From Eledone cirrhosa (Eukaryota), in NCBI GenBank assembly GCA_964016885.1, contig OZ024742.1, positions 274,226,001 through 274,290,000 of the forward strand: a stretch of DNA of 64,000 nt, in the 5' to 3' direction. This document shows positions 52,869 through 64,000 of the stretch, piece by piece. Each line of letters opens with the position of its first letter. Positions within the stretch are counted from its first letter, which is position 1. Below the pieces are notes generated by a model, which did no database searches, was not told where the DNA came from, and saw nothing but the letters and a program-made list of their open reading frames with translations. The position numbers were made by a program, and so were the translations under genes.

Positions 52869-53252
52869 GTCATTGGTAATGGCGGGAAATGAATGTCTGC
52901 CTGAGACAAATTTAAAATATTGCTAGTGCTTATATTTTTTTTTGTGTTGGCAAACGTAGTAACATTTACAATGGTGGTGTCGGTGTGAGGTGTTAATTTG
53001 TGAGGAAGGCTTTCAGCTGCTTCGTCCAGAGGTGAATTAGCCAATTTTTTCAAAGAAATTTTTTTGATAATAATAAAAGTTTAAATTTTGGGCACAAGGC
53101 CCCAATCTTTTGGGGTATCCTTTTCGGAAAACAATGTATGTGCGCTTATAAACAGTTAACAATAAAATTTTCCATAAATGACAATTTTTAACAAACGGAA
53201 ATAACAAACCTTTGCGGAGCTCACGATGATACGATTTACTACGTAGGTCGCC
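52869..53252 (-). mobile_element. 5' end of L1/Tx1-like copy E
   Basis: Matches 58879-59247 of copy F; begins ggcgacctacgtag next to (ATT)n. Confidence 0.85.
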
Positions 53253-53282
<30 letters not shown>

Positions 53283-53285
<3 letters not shown>

Positions 53286-53373
53286 TGTTTCTACGTTAGG
53301 CACAAGGCCAGCAATTACCCAGTGCTTTACTGGTACTTTATTTTATCGACCCCGTAAGGATGAAAGGCAAAGT
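53283..53373 (-). mobile_element. 5'-truncated SINE within (AAT)n
   Basis: Matches 34826-34917. Confidence 0.8.
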
Positions 53374-53404
53374 TAATAATAATAATAATAATAACAATAA
53401 TAAT

Positions 53405-56400
53405 GATTTCTTTATTAACCACAAGGGTTTACATAAAGTAGACATTAATGACAGTGCAGGACAATACAGGACGTTACAAATGGGCATTTCTGAGAGTATA
53501 AAACAAAAGCAGAGGATGTAACAAAAAAATAACAATGAAAAATTCCCCAATAGGGGGGAGACTTCGGAGGGACATTTGTGGGGAAAGCCCAGTAAAAGGC
53601 CACAGTGACCCTCACCACCATGGCAAGTGCCCTCTCCCAGTTTTCCGCCTTTAATTTGCAGATACATACTCAGAGTAGGCCCATTCACTCGGGCCATTCT
53701 TGCTTCTCTCACCCATCTTTCAACAAAATGCTGGGAAGAAAGCACTTCCCTCTCTACCCTGATTTTCCTTTTCATATGACATTTGAAAAAGTTAATCAGG
53801 GCATCACCGAAGAGATAAGTGCTCGTCTTCAGCCCTTTCAAACGTGTCCACCATACTATCTCTTTCGCCATGGCCACCAGACAGATAAAAACTGCCTGCC
53901 CTTCCCGGCTAAAGGAAGAAGGCGGGGCAATCCTCACGATGGACTCAGCTGATAGCTGGATCCGTCCCACACGTGACAGCAGGTGTTCGACATAAACCCA
54001 CAAGTCAGCAATGCTCGGACACTGGATGAGTGCGTGCAGGACGGTTTCGTCGCCCTGCACGCATCTCGGACATGCCCGGCTGACGGCAGCTCCATGCCTG
54101 TAGAGTTTATCCTGAACTGGCAAAGCTCCTCGGTAGCACTGCCAGACCAGGGATTTCTGGAAGTTGTCCATAGGCCCCGGCCCGAAAGTCCTTCCAAAGA
54201 GATTGGCTAGTTGATTTTCGTCGACGCCTAGAGTTTCTCCAACTAAATCGTCGCTCTTCCGCTCCACTAATCCTCTATAGAACGCCAAGGTGGAGTTTCC
54301 ACCGATCACATTGCCCGATTGGTCGAGGGCTGTGAGCGCCTTAGAGATATTCCAGTCTCCAAGCGCTCCTTCTCCGTCTTCGCTTGACCCAGGACTGCAG
54401 CTCCGTCAAGGAGACGAGCTGGGGAAAGACGTGTCTAGCAAACGGTGACCACACCTGATCACCTTCGAGGAAGAGGTGGAGATATCGTAGCCTGAGCGCG
54501 TGTCTGCGCATCATCAGCCACGGCATGCCCAGCCCTCCACGTAGCGGGTGTTGACAGCAGATGGACCACCTGACATTCGGAGCGCGTCCCTTCCACAAAA
54601 AGCGAAAGAGCAAACGCTCCAGCGCAGTCGGGCTTGGCTTAGGGCAAGGTACGACGGTCAGGCGGTAGTAGATGACGGACGCGATATACGCGTTAGCCAC
54701 CTCCACTCAACCTTTTAGGTATAGCTTCCTCTGTACCCATTTCTGGGTGAGAGAAGCCAGCCTGCTCGTCACCTCGTCCCAGTTTGTGTCCGTCTGGAGG
54801 TCCGGACCGAATCAGACACCTAGCAATTTGACCGGTCCGTCCGTCCAGCGCCCGACGACGATGTTGGGCGCCATGGACCTGCCTCTCCAGGTGCTGAACT
54901 GCAGGCCCACTGACTTTTCCTGGTTGATCATTGCTCCTGTCACCGCTTCGTATTCTCTTAGTGTAGTGCCGATCGCCTCGATGTGTTTGGCGTTCGACAC
55001 CACTACGGTGACATCGTCCGCGTATGTTGACACGGATCTTCCGCATCCTAGTTCGCGCGGGACACCCTCAAATCTCCAGTTTGTGCAGTAATGGCTCGAG
55101 AGTCAATACGTACAAGAGGGACGAGAGGGGACATCCTTGGCGGACCGAGCGCATGATGTTGAACGGTTCCGAAAGGTGACCGTTCACTCTCACCACAGAG
55201 CAGATGTCGCTGTGCATGGCAGCGATCCAGCCTCTGAAGACGGGCCCAAAACCAGCCGCCCTCAGGACTGCCGCTAGGTAACGCTGGTCGACCCTATCGA
55301 AAGCTTTCGACTGATCTCAATTGATCAAGGACCCACCCGTGCCAAGTTCGCTAGCTACCCTCTCTACGATGTATCGCATGAGGAAGAGGTTGTCGTGGAT
55401 GGATCTGTCGGTAATGGCGAACATATGCGCCTCTCTCACCAGACCATCTACGACAAGCGCCAACCCCTTTACTAACACCTTGGCCAAAATCTTGAACTCT
55501 GTATTTATCAGAGTTATGGGCCTGAAATTATCTATGTTATCCCGTTTGTTCGGATCCTTTCTCAGCAGCGCCACAGCTCCTCGGCTCACAGAGCTTGGAA
55601 TTCTCCCGTTCTGTTGCCAGTTGCAGTAGACGTCCGCCAAGAGGCCTCCGAACAAGTCTGGCATCTGTGCGTAAAGTTCATAGGGCAGACCTTCCAATCC
55701 AGGCGATTTACCCCTTGTGAAGCCAGTCATTGCCTCCCGTACTTCAGCAGCTGTATCGGCTTTTCGCAACACTCCGCCTCAGTGGCCGAGAGCCGCGGCA
55801 ATCCGTCGAGATAGACACTAAAGTCCATCCCTCGATCCGGCCCGCCGTTTCCCCCGAACAACTGTGCGAAGTGTCGCTGAAAAGCTTCACACATTTTCCC
55901 GGGATCGAGTAGCATGCGCCCGTCGAGGTCCACCAAAGACCGGAACATGGATTTGATGCCACGACGCGCCTCCGCTACTCGGGCCCATTGAACGGCTTCG
56001 TCCCCCCGTGTCTGAGAGCACGCACCCTAGCTCTGACAACGCAGCCTTCGCGCTTTGTATTGAAGAATTGGTCAAGGGCCAATTTCGCCGCAAGTATGTC
56101 GGTCGCGATGACTTTTCTAAGCGCCTCGTCTAATTTTCTAACTAATTCTCCCTCTGCTCTATTTTACTCTATGGCTAAAGCCTTACTAAACCTAATGGAC
56201 TCTATTCTAATTGCTCTTTTCAGAGCAAACCACCGCTTGTTGTTGACAATGGCCCCTGTCAACGCCCGATTAATTAGTTCGCTAATCCGGTCTCTGTAGG
56301 CCTTGCGCGCTGGTAAGGACGCGTTTAGCTCCCAGTAGCCGGGTCCTCGTCTATGAAGCCTATCTAATTCAAGCACACAGACCACGAATTTGTGGTCCGT

Positions 56401-59247
56401 GTAACTGACTATCTTGAATTGTGAACAGCCTATGCTAGACCTATCTATTTCCCTACAAAATACTCTATCTAGATATGATCTGGATGACCCTATGCGATTT
56501 GTTCAAGTCCACATTGGCACATTCGGGAAATCCAATCGGTACCTGTCAGACAGTTCAAAACTCCTAAGCAGATTTGTGAGGCTTTTGCACCCTCCTCCCC
56601 TATCCGCTGATACTACACAGTCCCAGCGTGCATCTAACATCCCGTTCCAGTCACCCACTAACACTAAAGAGCGGGACGTTCCAAGAAAGGTCTCCAGACG
56701 CCGGAAGAAATCAGGTCTCCCTGCTTCTGTCGGGGCATAGACGGCCACTATCCGCAAAGCTTGCCCGTCTCCGCTGGTCACGTCTAGCACCACCAACTTA
56801 CCTTCTGGGTCCAGGAATATGGCCCGTATGGCGAGATCCAAACCTCTCCGAAAAAGCACAGCAACTCCTCCCCCGATCCCGGACGGCTGGGAGATGCGTA
56901 CACATCGTAGCCGCCGAAGATCGCTGCGAAGGCTCGTGCTCCGGAGATTCTGGTCTCGCTGAGGGCCACTACATCTATGTTTAGTGACCTGAGGTCGTTG
57001 AGCAGGTGGCCCTGCTTCCATGACGACCCCAAACCACGCGCATTTATGCTCCCTATTCTGAGTGAGGTCATGTTGAAATGGAGTGGAAAAGATGGGAAAG
57101 ACCACTTACCTTACTTTTCGTTGAGGAAGGATGTTTTCTCAATCCTTTTCACTGTTTGTGGCCTCCTCCGGAAGGATGTCCTTATAAATCCTCCTGGAGA
57201 GTGTTTGTCGGAAGTTTCCGATGTCTTTGGGGAAATTTTGTTTCAGTGACGTGTACGTTTTCTGTGTGATGCGAGTGATTTGTATGTGTGGAGGTGGTGA
57301 ACTTTTGGGTTGTTGTGTAGTCTTTTTCTGTGATGCTGGTGTTGTGTTGCATGTAGTGTAATAATTGGTTGTTGTTCAAATTTAATGCTGTGAAGTGTGT
57401 ATCGTTTTCGCTGTTTTGTTTTGTTTGCGTTTGTTGTGGGTTTGTTTCTGTTGCTCTTTTTGGTGACTTTTGTGGTGTTGGTGATGGTGATGGTGTTGGT
57501 GTTTGTGAGGATGGGGTTGGTGATGTTGGTGTGGATAGTGGCATATCTGTCTTAACTTTTTTGTTTGATAGTTTATTTTTTTCCCTCTGTATTTTATTTT
57601 TGGAGGGGGAGTGAAAAGAATTTTTTCTTTTTTGGTTTCTTTTTTTCTTTTTTCCTGATACCGTTTCCCACTCCTCGTCGTCACAATCTGTCTCCAGTTG
57701 TGATAAGCCGGGGAGTGGAAAATCCTCCACGGGCGTTGGATTTCGTTGTGGCGTGGTGGATGGTGTAGGCGCTGTTGCTAGTTCTGGCGTGTTGGGTGGT
57801 GGTGGTGTTGGTTTTGCTACTGTTGCTGGGGTTGTTCCTTTTACAGTTGCTTCCGTTGTTGCGGCTACAGTTGCTGCTGCCATCTCTGCTGTTGGTGGTG
57901 TTGATGGTTGAGTCGCTGGGGTGGGTAAGAGAGGTGGCCTCAACCTTTTAGCCTCAGGGCAGAAAGCGCTTAGGTGGGTTCCTTCACCACAAACGACACA
58001 CCTAGGCCTTCTGCCCTCGACGATTACGGGGAAGTGGCTGCCATCAGTGAGGTCTATTACCTCTGGGATCTCCTCAATGCTTTTTTGGTCCACTTGGATC
58101 AGGAGTTCCATCCCTGATCCGGACCAGTTCTCCTGCTTTTCTTTCTCTATTTCTATTATCTTGGTGTTGGCTTCGATGCCGGCGAGGACGGCAGCTATTA
58201 GCCAGGGAATTTCGATGGCCGGTTGAACGTGGGTCACCTTGATCTTCACGAGTCACTGGCCACAATAGCTTGGGACGAGTGTGAAGTCGTCATTTCTTAA
58301 TGGGGCCATGGAGTGTTCTTTAGCCTCCTGTGGTGTTTCAAAGAACACGTCCACGGTTCTATATTTCTGCCCACGTCTGATGTGGGGTTTTTTTGCCCAC
58401 ACATGTCCCAAAGCTTTTTGAATTTGGGACTCGGATGCCCGTTCCACTCTGCACGATTTTTTGTTAATTGTTCTATAAGACACGGTGCATAGGCGCCGAT
58501 GCTCCATTTTATTCGGTGGGGGAGGGGGGAGGCTGACCCTGTACCCATCTTTCTTTACCATTTTTTTGGCTTCGTCTAATTCCTCCTGAGTTACCTGAAA
58601 TGCTTCGCACTGTTTTGCTACTCTGGCAAAACTCAGGGTGGTTCTCTCAATTTCATTGTTGTTGTTGTTGTTGTTATCGTTATTTTTGTTATTGTTAATT
58701 TTAGTTTCAGTTGTGGTGGTGGTGGCGTCAGTGGTGTTCGGTGTGGAAGAGTTCATTTTGGTTGAATTAATTTCGATATCACGAGTTAGTTTATTTTTTT
58801 CTTTTGTTTCTGTTGTCGCGGTGGTGGTGGGGGGGGGCTGTCGTGGTGATGGTGGTGGTGGCGTCTTTAACACCTGCAGTCATTGGTAATTGCGGGAAAT
58901 GAATGTCTGCCTGAGACAAATTTAAATTATTGCTACTGCCTATATTTTTATTGTTGGCAAACGTATAATATTTACAATGGTGGTGTCGGTCTGAGGTGTT
59001 AGTTTGTGAGGAAGGAGTGACTCTGAATCATCCATGATTTCTCAAAGAAAAATTTTGTTTGATAATTATAAAAGTTTAAATTTTGTGCTCAAGGCCCCAA
59101 TCTTTTTGGGTGTCCTTTTCAGATAACAATGTATGTGCACTTTATATAGTTAACAATAAAAAATTTCCATAAATGGTAATTTTAAACAACTGAAAATAAC
59201 AAACCTTTGCGGAGCTCGCGATGATACGATTTACTACGTAGGTCGCC
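53405..59247 (-). mobile_element. L1/Tx1-like LINE copy F, full length (~5.85 kb), multiple frameshifts
   Basis: ORF1 from ~59035 with CCHC knuckle; ORF2 from 57071 (APE-RT-CCHC), YADDV; (AAT)n on both sides. Confidence 0.9.
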
Positions 59248-59276
59248 AATAATAATAATAATAATAATAATAATAA

Positions 59277-60438
59277 TTTCTTTATTGGCCACAAGGCATG
59301 ACATAAAAAAAGACATTTCAGACGGTATAGGACGGTACAGGACGGTACGATGTGGGTTTTGTGCGTGTAAAGATTTTTATTATTTATATAAGAAACGAAA
59401 AAGGAAAATATATATATATAAACAATAAAAAAAAAATTCAAACAATGAAAAATTACGCAGTAGGGGGGGGGGGGAACCTCCGACGGTTGCTCGTGACGAA
59501 AACCCCACAAATGACCACGTATCGCATGAGAGGGTTATGTCGTGGATGGATCTGTCCGGAATGGCGCATGCCTGTACCTCTCCCACCAGATCACCCACGA
59601 CAAGCGCCAATCTCTTTGCTAACACCTTGGCCAAAATTTTAAACTCTGCTAAACGCAGAGTTTCGGGCCTGAAGTTGTCTATAATGTCCCCCTTGTTCGG
59701 ATCTTTACTCAGCAGCCCCACCGCTCCCCAGCTCACAAATTCGCAGGACAAGTCTGGCATATACACATAAAACTCGTCCAAACCTGTCGATTTTCCCCTC
59801 GTGCAGTCAGACATCGCTTCCCGTATTTCACCTGCTGTTATCGGCTTTTTGGAGCAATGTGCTGTGGTCGTCGAGAGCGCTGCAGTCCGTCGAGGTCTGC
59901 ACCGAAGTCCATACCCCAATCCGGCCCGCCTGTGCTCCCAAACAATTGAGCAAAGTGCTGTTTAAAAGCCGCACACATCTGCTCGGGTTCGAGCAACATT
60001 CGCCCGTTTTGATCAGGCAAAGACCGAAATGTGGACTGGTTGCCGTGTGGCGCCTCCACAACCCGGGCCCATTGAATGCCTTTCGTCCCCTCGTATCTCA
60101 GAGCACGCGCTCTAGCTCTGACAACGCAGCCTTCATGCTTTGTGTTGAAGAATTGGTCGAGTGCCAATCTCGCCGCAAGCACGTCGGTTGCGTTGCCTGT
60201 CCTAAACGCCTCTTCTAGCTTTCAAACTAACTCTCCCTCTACTCTATTGTCCTCTATCAGTACTCCATTGCTAGACCTTATCGATCCTACTCCAATAGCC
60301 CTTTTCAGGTTAAACCACCACCTGTTGTTGACTATCGCACCCGTCAACGCACGCTTAACTAATTCGCTAATCCGGTCTCTGTAAGAATTGCGCGCCGGGA
60401 ACGACGCGTTCAGCTTCCAATAGCCGGGCCCGGGTAAA
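59277..60438 (-). mobile_element. L1/Tx1-like LINE copy G, 5'-truncated and internally deleted
   Basis: PGYWKLN...FRP..EFKILAKVLAKRL joined at ~59513 directly to the 3' UTR. Confidence 0.85.
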
Positions 60439-61090
60439 CCGTATCTCTGTTTGGTCACCTATTTGCTGTAGTATACAAACTATTTTATTAATTGGTAATT
60501 TGGTGGGATTACAATAGAACGGGAGGAAACATAATAATATGACTAATGATGTCACAGATATGTGACGAAAGAACTTTGATAGACTATATATATGTATGTA
60601 AAAGGAAAACATGTATAACAAGACAATCGGTACAGTATATGTAAGGTATATATTAGTTTAACGCTTGATATAGCAGGAAGAGGGTTTCGGACGCTAGTCC
60701 TTTATCAGAAGAAAGCATGAGAAATAAAATAGATTGAGCGGACGGGCAGGATTCAATTGGAAAAAATGTCTTTAGATAAAAATAACAGGTCTATTTATGT
60801 TGACATCTCTTGCAAAAGTGTTACTGCTGGCGTTTTGTGTATGATTTATATATTTATATCTGTATTTTTAACCGTTAAACATTGATTGCCTGATAAATTA
60901 ACTATGGTGATATAAATGATTCAGAAACGAAAACCAACCCAAACCAAGCAGTTAGTGTGTTTTGTGATTATTTCTGGCAATATTATAATATTATGACCCT
61001 CCCCAAGTGTAACAATATTTGTTTCGACACACGATTTTATATAAAAACATTGCAAAACAAATATATAAATAACTTTAATCTGTTATTTTA

Positions 61091-61142
<52 letters not shown>

Positions 61143-61341
61143 AGCTCTGCGTGAATTAAAGCACCTCTAGGTATGATTGTACGGGTGCTCTTTCATACAT
61201 GTGTGTAGGGGTGATACTTGATCAAACAGTATGTATGAATGTACGTGAGCTAGAAGACCTGAGTTATCTATATAATCTACCACTATTAATACTAGAATAC
61301 TTACTCTCAGTGCTACCGATGTTATTATTACTTCACGATAT

Positions 61342-61562
61342 AAGGGCGTGGATTGACAGTATCGGTAGAGGGTCGGGCTCCAGGCTTTGCAGGATAGAGT
61401 TACGGCTCTTAATGATCTGTGTTCAAATCCCGCCGCGGTTAATTTTGCCTTTCATCCTTATGGGGATCGATAAAATGAAGTACTAATCACTCACTGGGGT
61501 CGATTTAATCGACTTTCCCCTCCCCCAAAGTTGCTGGCCTTGTGCTTATATAAGAAACCATT
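61342..61562 (+). mobile_element. tRNA-derived Deu/Nin-like SINE
   Basis: gttcaaatccc B-box, gcctttcatcctt..gtcgat core, ctggccttgtgc tail. Confidence 0.8.
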
Positions 61563-61739
61563 ATTACTTCACAATATTTTAGTAATTTATTTTTTCCGAG
61601 CAATTTTTTATCCTCTTGTGTATATATATGATCTCAACCATTACGGTCAATTTCGATAGTGTTACGTATAACGTATATTTAGTGTTACGTATAACGTATA
61701 TTTACGTCTAACACAATAATCAATGTATAACGTCGCCAC

Positions 61740-61812
61740 GGGCTAGTGGATTGGCAGTATTGGTAGAGGGTCGGACGCCATGTTTTGCAGCATACAGCTA
61801 CGGCCCTTTCCG
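61740..61812 (+). mobile_element. SINE 5' fragment
   Basis: gtggattggcagtattggtagagggtcggacgccatg. Confidence 0.7.
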
Positions 61813-62225
61813 GTATTTTTATTAATGTTATTACTTTTATTTTTATTTCCATCTATATTGTATTTTCATACCACATTTTTTTTCATGTTGATGTTAATAT
61901 TATTACTACGTTTTTCATGCCATTTTCCTAAAATCCCCCTCCTCACTATACTCTCATTCTTCTTCTTATTATTATTATTTTTCATGTAACTATAAATACG
62001 AACGCACTGTATCACTAAATCACTATTTTGAGAATTTGGTTGGGTGTAAACTGTAATTTAAATCGAGTGCCGCGGCATACGGCGGACAGCGGATTTTTAG
62101 ACACACCGGACTAATGAAACATTTATTAATACTTGGAATAAACCCTACTGTACAGCTAATCCATGTTATTCTTCACTCCTTTATATATATATAGTATTAT
62201 TGGTATTATTAGTATTATTGGGGCA

Positions 62226-62352
62226 CCCACTGACGAATTATAGGAGCCCACTTGAATATATATCTATTAATGGTATACAAGCTCCTACATAAATTGGTAT
62301 AATTTCACCCAAATTGTAGGAATCCTATCATGAAACGAGACGTCCGTCTGGG
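62226..62352 (+). ncRNA. Type I hammerhead ribozyme with long branched stem II
   Basis: ccca CUGACGA attatagga...tcctatcat GAAAC gagacgtcc GUC tggg; inner hairpin tcctaca/tgtagga. Confidence 0.7.
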
Positions 62353-62523
62353 AAGAGATATATTCGATATGTCTCATATGAAATAATATAGCCAATTTTC
62401 CACGCAATACATTTAGTTAGCACCCCGAACGCCTAATTAGGAATATACTGACTTGTTTCCTAATGTTTGTTGAGTGAGTTGGAATTTGGCCGGAGTATCG
62501 CTAAAAAGCTTTCTCCGATAATG

Positions 62524-62573
<50 letters not shown>

Positions 62574-62932
62574 TAAACGGAAAAGAAAATGCTGACAAAT
62601 TGTTCACAGTGAAAAATAGTTTAATTAGGAATAAGTGAGAATTAGTAATAGTATTGGTTAGTATTCAGTTTTGGGACGCTCTATCTCAAAATTATTTTTG
62701 AAAAGCATGGTATGGTATGCCATCCGGAACCTGTTTATAGAATCCTGTCTGCCTTTGTTACTCTAAAAACAAAAATTAATAAAAATAAAAATAAAAATAA
62801 ACTATAGCTTTGTAGAATTAGCTTTTAATGAATTCCCTTTTCTATCAACCAATGACCTACACCCATCCCACTCCCCACCCTCTCCTACCACTTGTAGAGA
62901 CCTATAAATACCATATTTATTTTTTGATACCC

Positions 62933-62983
62933 AGATTCCTGATGATTTCTAAAGAATGAAACAGTTCTAGTCCTGTAGAATCT
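62933..62983 (+). ncRNA. Compact type I hammerhead ribozyme
   Basis: agattc CUGAUGA t ttct aa agaa t GAAAC ag ttctagtc ct GUA gaatct; stem I 6 bp, stem III 4 bp. Confidence 0.8.
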
Positions 62984-63067
62984 CATCTATATTAAAACTT
63001 TTATACTCTGCAATGTATTGAGTACCTTACTTACTGTGGTTACCTCCGATTCAACCCGGAATAACGT

Positions 63068-63163
63068 AATATATATATATATATATATATTGATATATAT
63101 ATATATATATAATATATATATATATATAATATATATATATAATATATATATATATATAATAAT

Positions 63164-63223
<60 letters not shown>

Positions 63224-63596
63224 TAATATGTATATATATAATATATATAATATATATATATATATAATATATATATATATAATATATATATAATATATAT
63301 ATATATATTATATATATATATATATATAATATATATATAATATATATATATTATATATATATTATAGTATCGGTAGAGGGTCGGACGCCATGCTTTCCAG
63401 CAGAGTTACGTCCCTTTAGGATCTGAGTTCAAATCCCGCCGAGGTTAACTTTGCCTTTCATCCTTACGGGGTCGATAAAATAAAGTACCAGTAATGTACT
63501 GGGTATTTGCTGGCCTTGTGCCAAATGTAGAAACAATTATATATATATTATATATATATTATATATATATATATATAATATATATATATATATTAT

Positions 63597-63670
<74 letters not shown>

Positions 63671-63681
63671 ATATATATATA

Positions 63682-63722
<41 letters not shown>

Positions 63723-63730
63723 TATAATAT

Positions 63731-63762
<32 letters not shown>

Positions 63763-63780
63763 ATATATATATATATATAT
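63068..63780. repeat. (TA)n/(TAA) low-complexity tract interrupted by a SINE
   Basis: Directly visible. Confidence 0.9.
63366..63539 (+). mobile_element. tRNA-derived Deu/Nin-like SINE, slightly 5'-truncated
   Basis: Reverse complement of 34826-35000. Confidence 0.85.
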
Positions 63781-64000
63781 ACGTATTTAAGAAAGCCACA
63801 ACAATGCAAAGGGAAATCTCGAGGTAGGAAGTGAAATATAGATAGGAAAAACAGGTGAAAGTGAAAATTGAGAGAGACAAAGATGAAAACAAAACAAAGG
63901 TAGAAGGGTTACCGTAGTAGAGATTTAATCCCAATATTTCGGGCTCACGCCCATCAACGGGGGAAAAGTTCCAAAAGGGGGGAAACAGGCCAAGCGGAGA

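Noticed and set aside
26140-60438. Uni-strand piRNA cluster suggested by all L1-like copies being minus-strand
   Set aside because: Dong and Gypsy are plus-strand, and the polarity is explained by the oriented (AAT)n target; small-RNA data would be needed
60684-60708. ctgataa aggac tagc gtcc gaaac on the minus strand
   Set aside because: Good stem II, but a C3-A8 mismatch and no convincing stem III or stem I; at most a relic
61657-61704. 23 bp tandem duplication tagtgttacgtataacgtatatt
   Set aside because: Simple local slippage with no further structure
63925-63966. ccgttga tgggc gtga gccc gaaa on the minus strand
   Set aside because: Core too diverged; possible pLTR relic at the window edge

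Overview
A gene-poor, AT- and microsatellite-rich eukaryotic (animal) window made almost entirely of nested transposable elements. The mix of families (Penelope/Naiad PLEs, RTE, Dong/R4, L1/Tx1-like LINEs, Helitrons, a Deu/Nin-domain tRNA-SINE and a CsRn1-type Gypsy) suggests an octopus-like mollusc, which is inference only. No host protein-coding gene could be supported. 1-23 kb: Penelope-like elements, two Helitron derivatives, RTE 3' ends and tandem/inverted repeats. 26-60.5 kb: a head-to-tail stack of minus-strand L1/Tx1-like LINEs, plus-strand Dong/R4 LINEs and SINEs joined at (AAT)n tracts, with a young, nearly intact Gypsy inside one L1. The main signal not shown by the ORF track is about a dozen type I hammerhead ribozyme (HHR) motifs, found by eye, from roughly nine unrelated sequence contexts. 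Some lie in PLE 3' regions and some in ORF-less 440-500 bp tandem units (retrozyme-like). One carries a compensatory U3-A8 core and several have very long stem II inserts. Two independent Naiad copies also show the same snap-back 5' junction. All folding was done by eye; no search or computation was run, and element boundaries are approximate.
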